This document shows, one piece after another, positions 62,701-64,000 of a DNA stretch of 64,000 nucleotides. Source of the stretch: a virus. Each line of letters starts with the position of its first letter. The stretch's first letter is position 1. The notes under the pieces were generated by a model, which ran no database searches, was not told where the DNA came from, and was given only the letters and a program-made list of their open reading frames with translations. Both the position numbers and the translations under genes were made by a program. Where the stretch lies: IMG/VR virus record IMGVR_UViG_3300025015_000001, one strand, 5' to 3'.

Positions 62701-63999
62701 TATCTTCTAACTTGATTGCATTATAGCAACTATCACATAATATTTTATGTTTCATAGTCAACCCCTCAACATTTTGTTGATATCATTCTGGAAACGTCCC
62801 ACTCATCTGCCTCGTCTACCAATACTATATAGTCTTCTTTTAATGCAGCAAGAACATTATTTACTATAGCCTGCTCGTCTCCTAAATTAGAATTAAAATA
62901 ATTAATAAGAAGTTGTTCAAATGTAAACTCATTCATAAGGTCATCACCTTTCTTATAAGTATTCATGTTAGCCTCCAATTAATCATTTTAGAAATTCTAA
63001 AATTATTTCCACGTATAAAAATTACGAACTTCTGTTGAGTATTTAATAATTTTTATTAGTTCTTTAGCTGTATCATGGTTGCAGTCTGGCCTGTCTTCAT
63101 AGATTTCATCAAGATATTCAGTTACCTTTAGTTCTAACTCAGTAGCTTTTGCCATAATCACTCCATACTAATTTATTATGTTACTTTCTTCCATCTGAAT
63201 CATTAGTGAGTTAATCATATTATTGCTTGAGTTATATAAAGCATTACTACAGTATGAATATGCTAGCATATCAATTTGCTCCTCTGTTAAATTAAAATCA
63301 CTAAATGATTTGGGATTTTTTACCACGGTCTCTTTTACTACATCAAGGTGTTTCTTCTGCACAGTCCTTTCTAGCTTGTAAAATGCCACCATCATTGCAC
63401 CTCCGTCAAGAAATTAAAATATCAGCATTCAGATTCCATATCTCCCATTTACAGGAGAGTGGGCTCTATTAGAGATATTACAGCTATCACAGAGTCTGTA
63501 TTTGTTTATTATAATATTTTCTGATTGCCTTGACATGGTTACTTTATTATAGTCAGGAAGTTCTGTATTACATTTTAAACATTTATGAATTTTTATTTTT
63601 TTATTTTTGACTATGCTTCTATATATTTGATAATTTGTGTTAGACAGGACTAGCATGCGTTCCCCTTTACATTATTTTTTAGAATTTCTAAATACCCTTC
63701 TAGCTTTTGTATCTTTAAAACCATTTCTGACCTATGTTTACCCTAGGGCACTACTTTTCAAATTTATCCTTAAGTTCCATATACTTAAAATAGTCTGCTA
63801 TTTCTTTTCTCTTATTCTCAATTTTTTCATTCTCAGCTTTCTTTTTTTCATATTCTTCCTTAGTTATAATACCAAGCTTAAATTCAGTATCTATGCCATA
63901 GTTAGTAGCATTGTAGGCTAGCAAACGTACACTAGATGACCCATCAATATAATCAGATTTTGAATTAATTATACAGTATGTGTCATCTATAAATACCAA
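59763..63999 (-). CDS. Array of small early hypothetical ORFs (59763, 60180, 60593, 61010, 61258, 61617, 61964, 62347, 62766, 63168, 63429, 63751 partial)
   Basis: ORF track; strong GGAGG RBSs; typical early host-takeover region. Confidence 0.55.
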
Positions 64000-64000
64000 C

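Larger units (their letters stand above)
49604..63692. repeat. Dispersed palindrome TTTTAGA(A/T)(A/T)TTCTAAA(A), 12 copies
   Basis: Starts at 49604, 50929, 51234, 52107, 53316, 57341, 57777, 59265, 60582, 62604, 62986 and 63677. Confidence 0.9.

Noticed and set aside
1-64000. Many short opposite-strand ORFs in the track, and an alternative genetic code
   Set aside because: They overlap well-supported genes in antisense and lack motifs. Conserved genes are full length in the standard code.

Overview
This is a 64-kb fragment of a large, AT-rich, myovirus-type phage genome. It has two convergent arms. The + arm (1-20022) carries baseplate, tail-fibre and receptor-binding genes, including two Delta-60 beta-propellers, followed by a metallophosphoesterase, a TPR protein and ClpP. 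The - arm (20019-64000) is an early/middle region with a split Pnkp plus Hen1 RNA-repair system, an extra RNA ligase, DNA ligase, GIY-YIG and HNH nucleases, dCMP deaminase, dUTPase, a sigma70-family factor, a lytic transglycosylase, MoxR/VWA, Thg1 and many small ORFs. The top finding is at 46761-49000. A compact retron-type reverse transcriptase is preceded by a ~1.1-kb non-coding tract that folds into six tandem msr-msd (retron ncRNA) units. Each unit has its own a1/a2 closing stem (partial in one unit), a conserved G-U(CU) branch motif and a different msd hairpin; five of the six share a UGNUNCG-looped hairpin. This suggests a multiplexed phage retron producing several different msDNAs from one RT. 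Also notable: two GC-rich integron-cassette (attC) arrays with no integrase in the window, one carrying a tRNA-like ncRNA cassette; a solo TnpB behind a phage promoter; a 16-17-bp palindrome repeated at least 12 times upstream of RBSs; and about 16 small ORFs sharing a C-terminal LSLE...LTKL tag. All calls come from reading the sequence by eye; no searches or folding programs were run.
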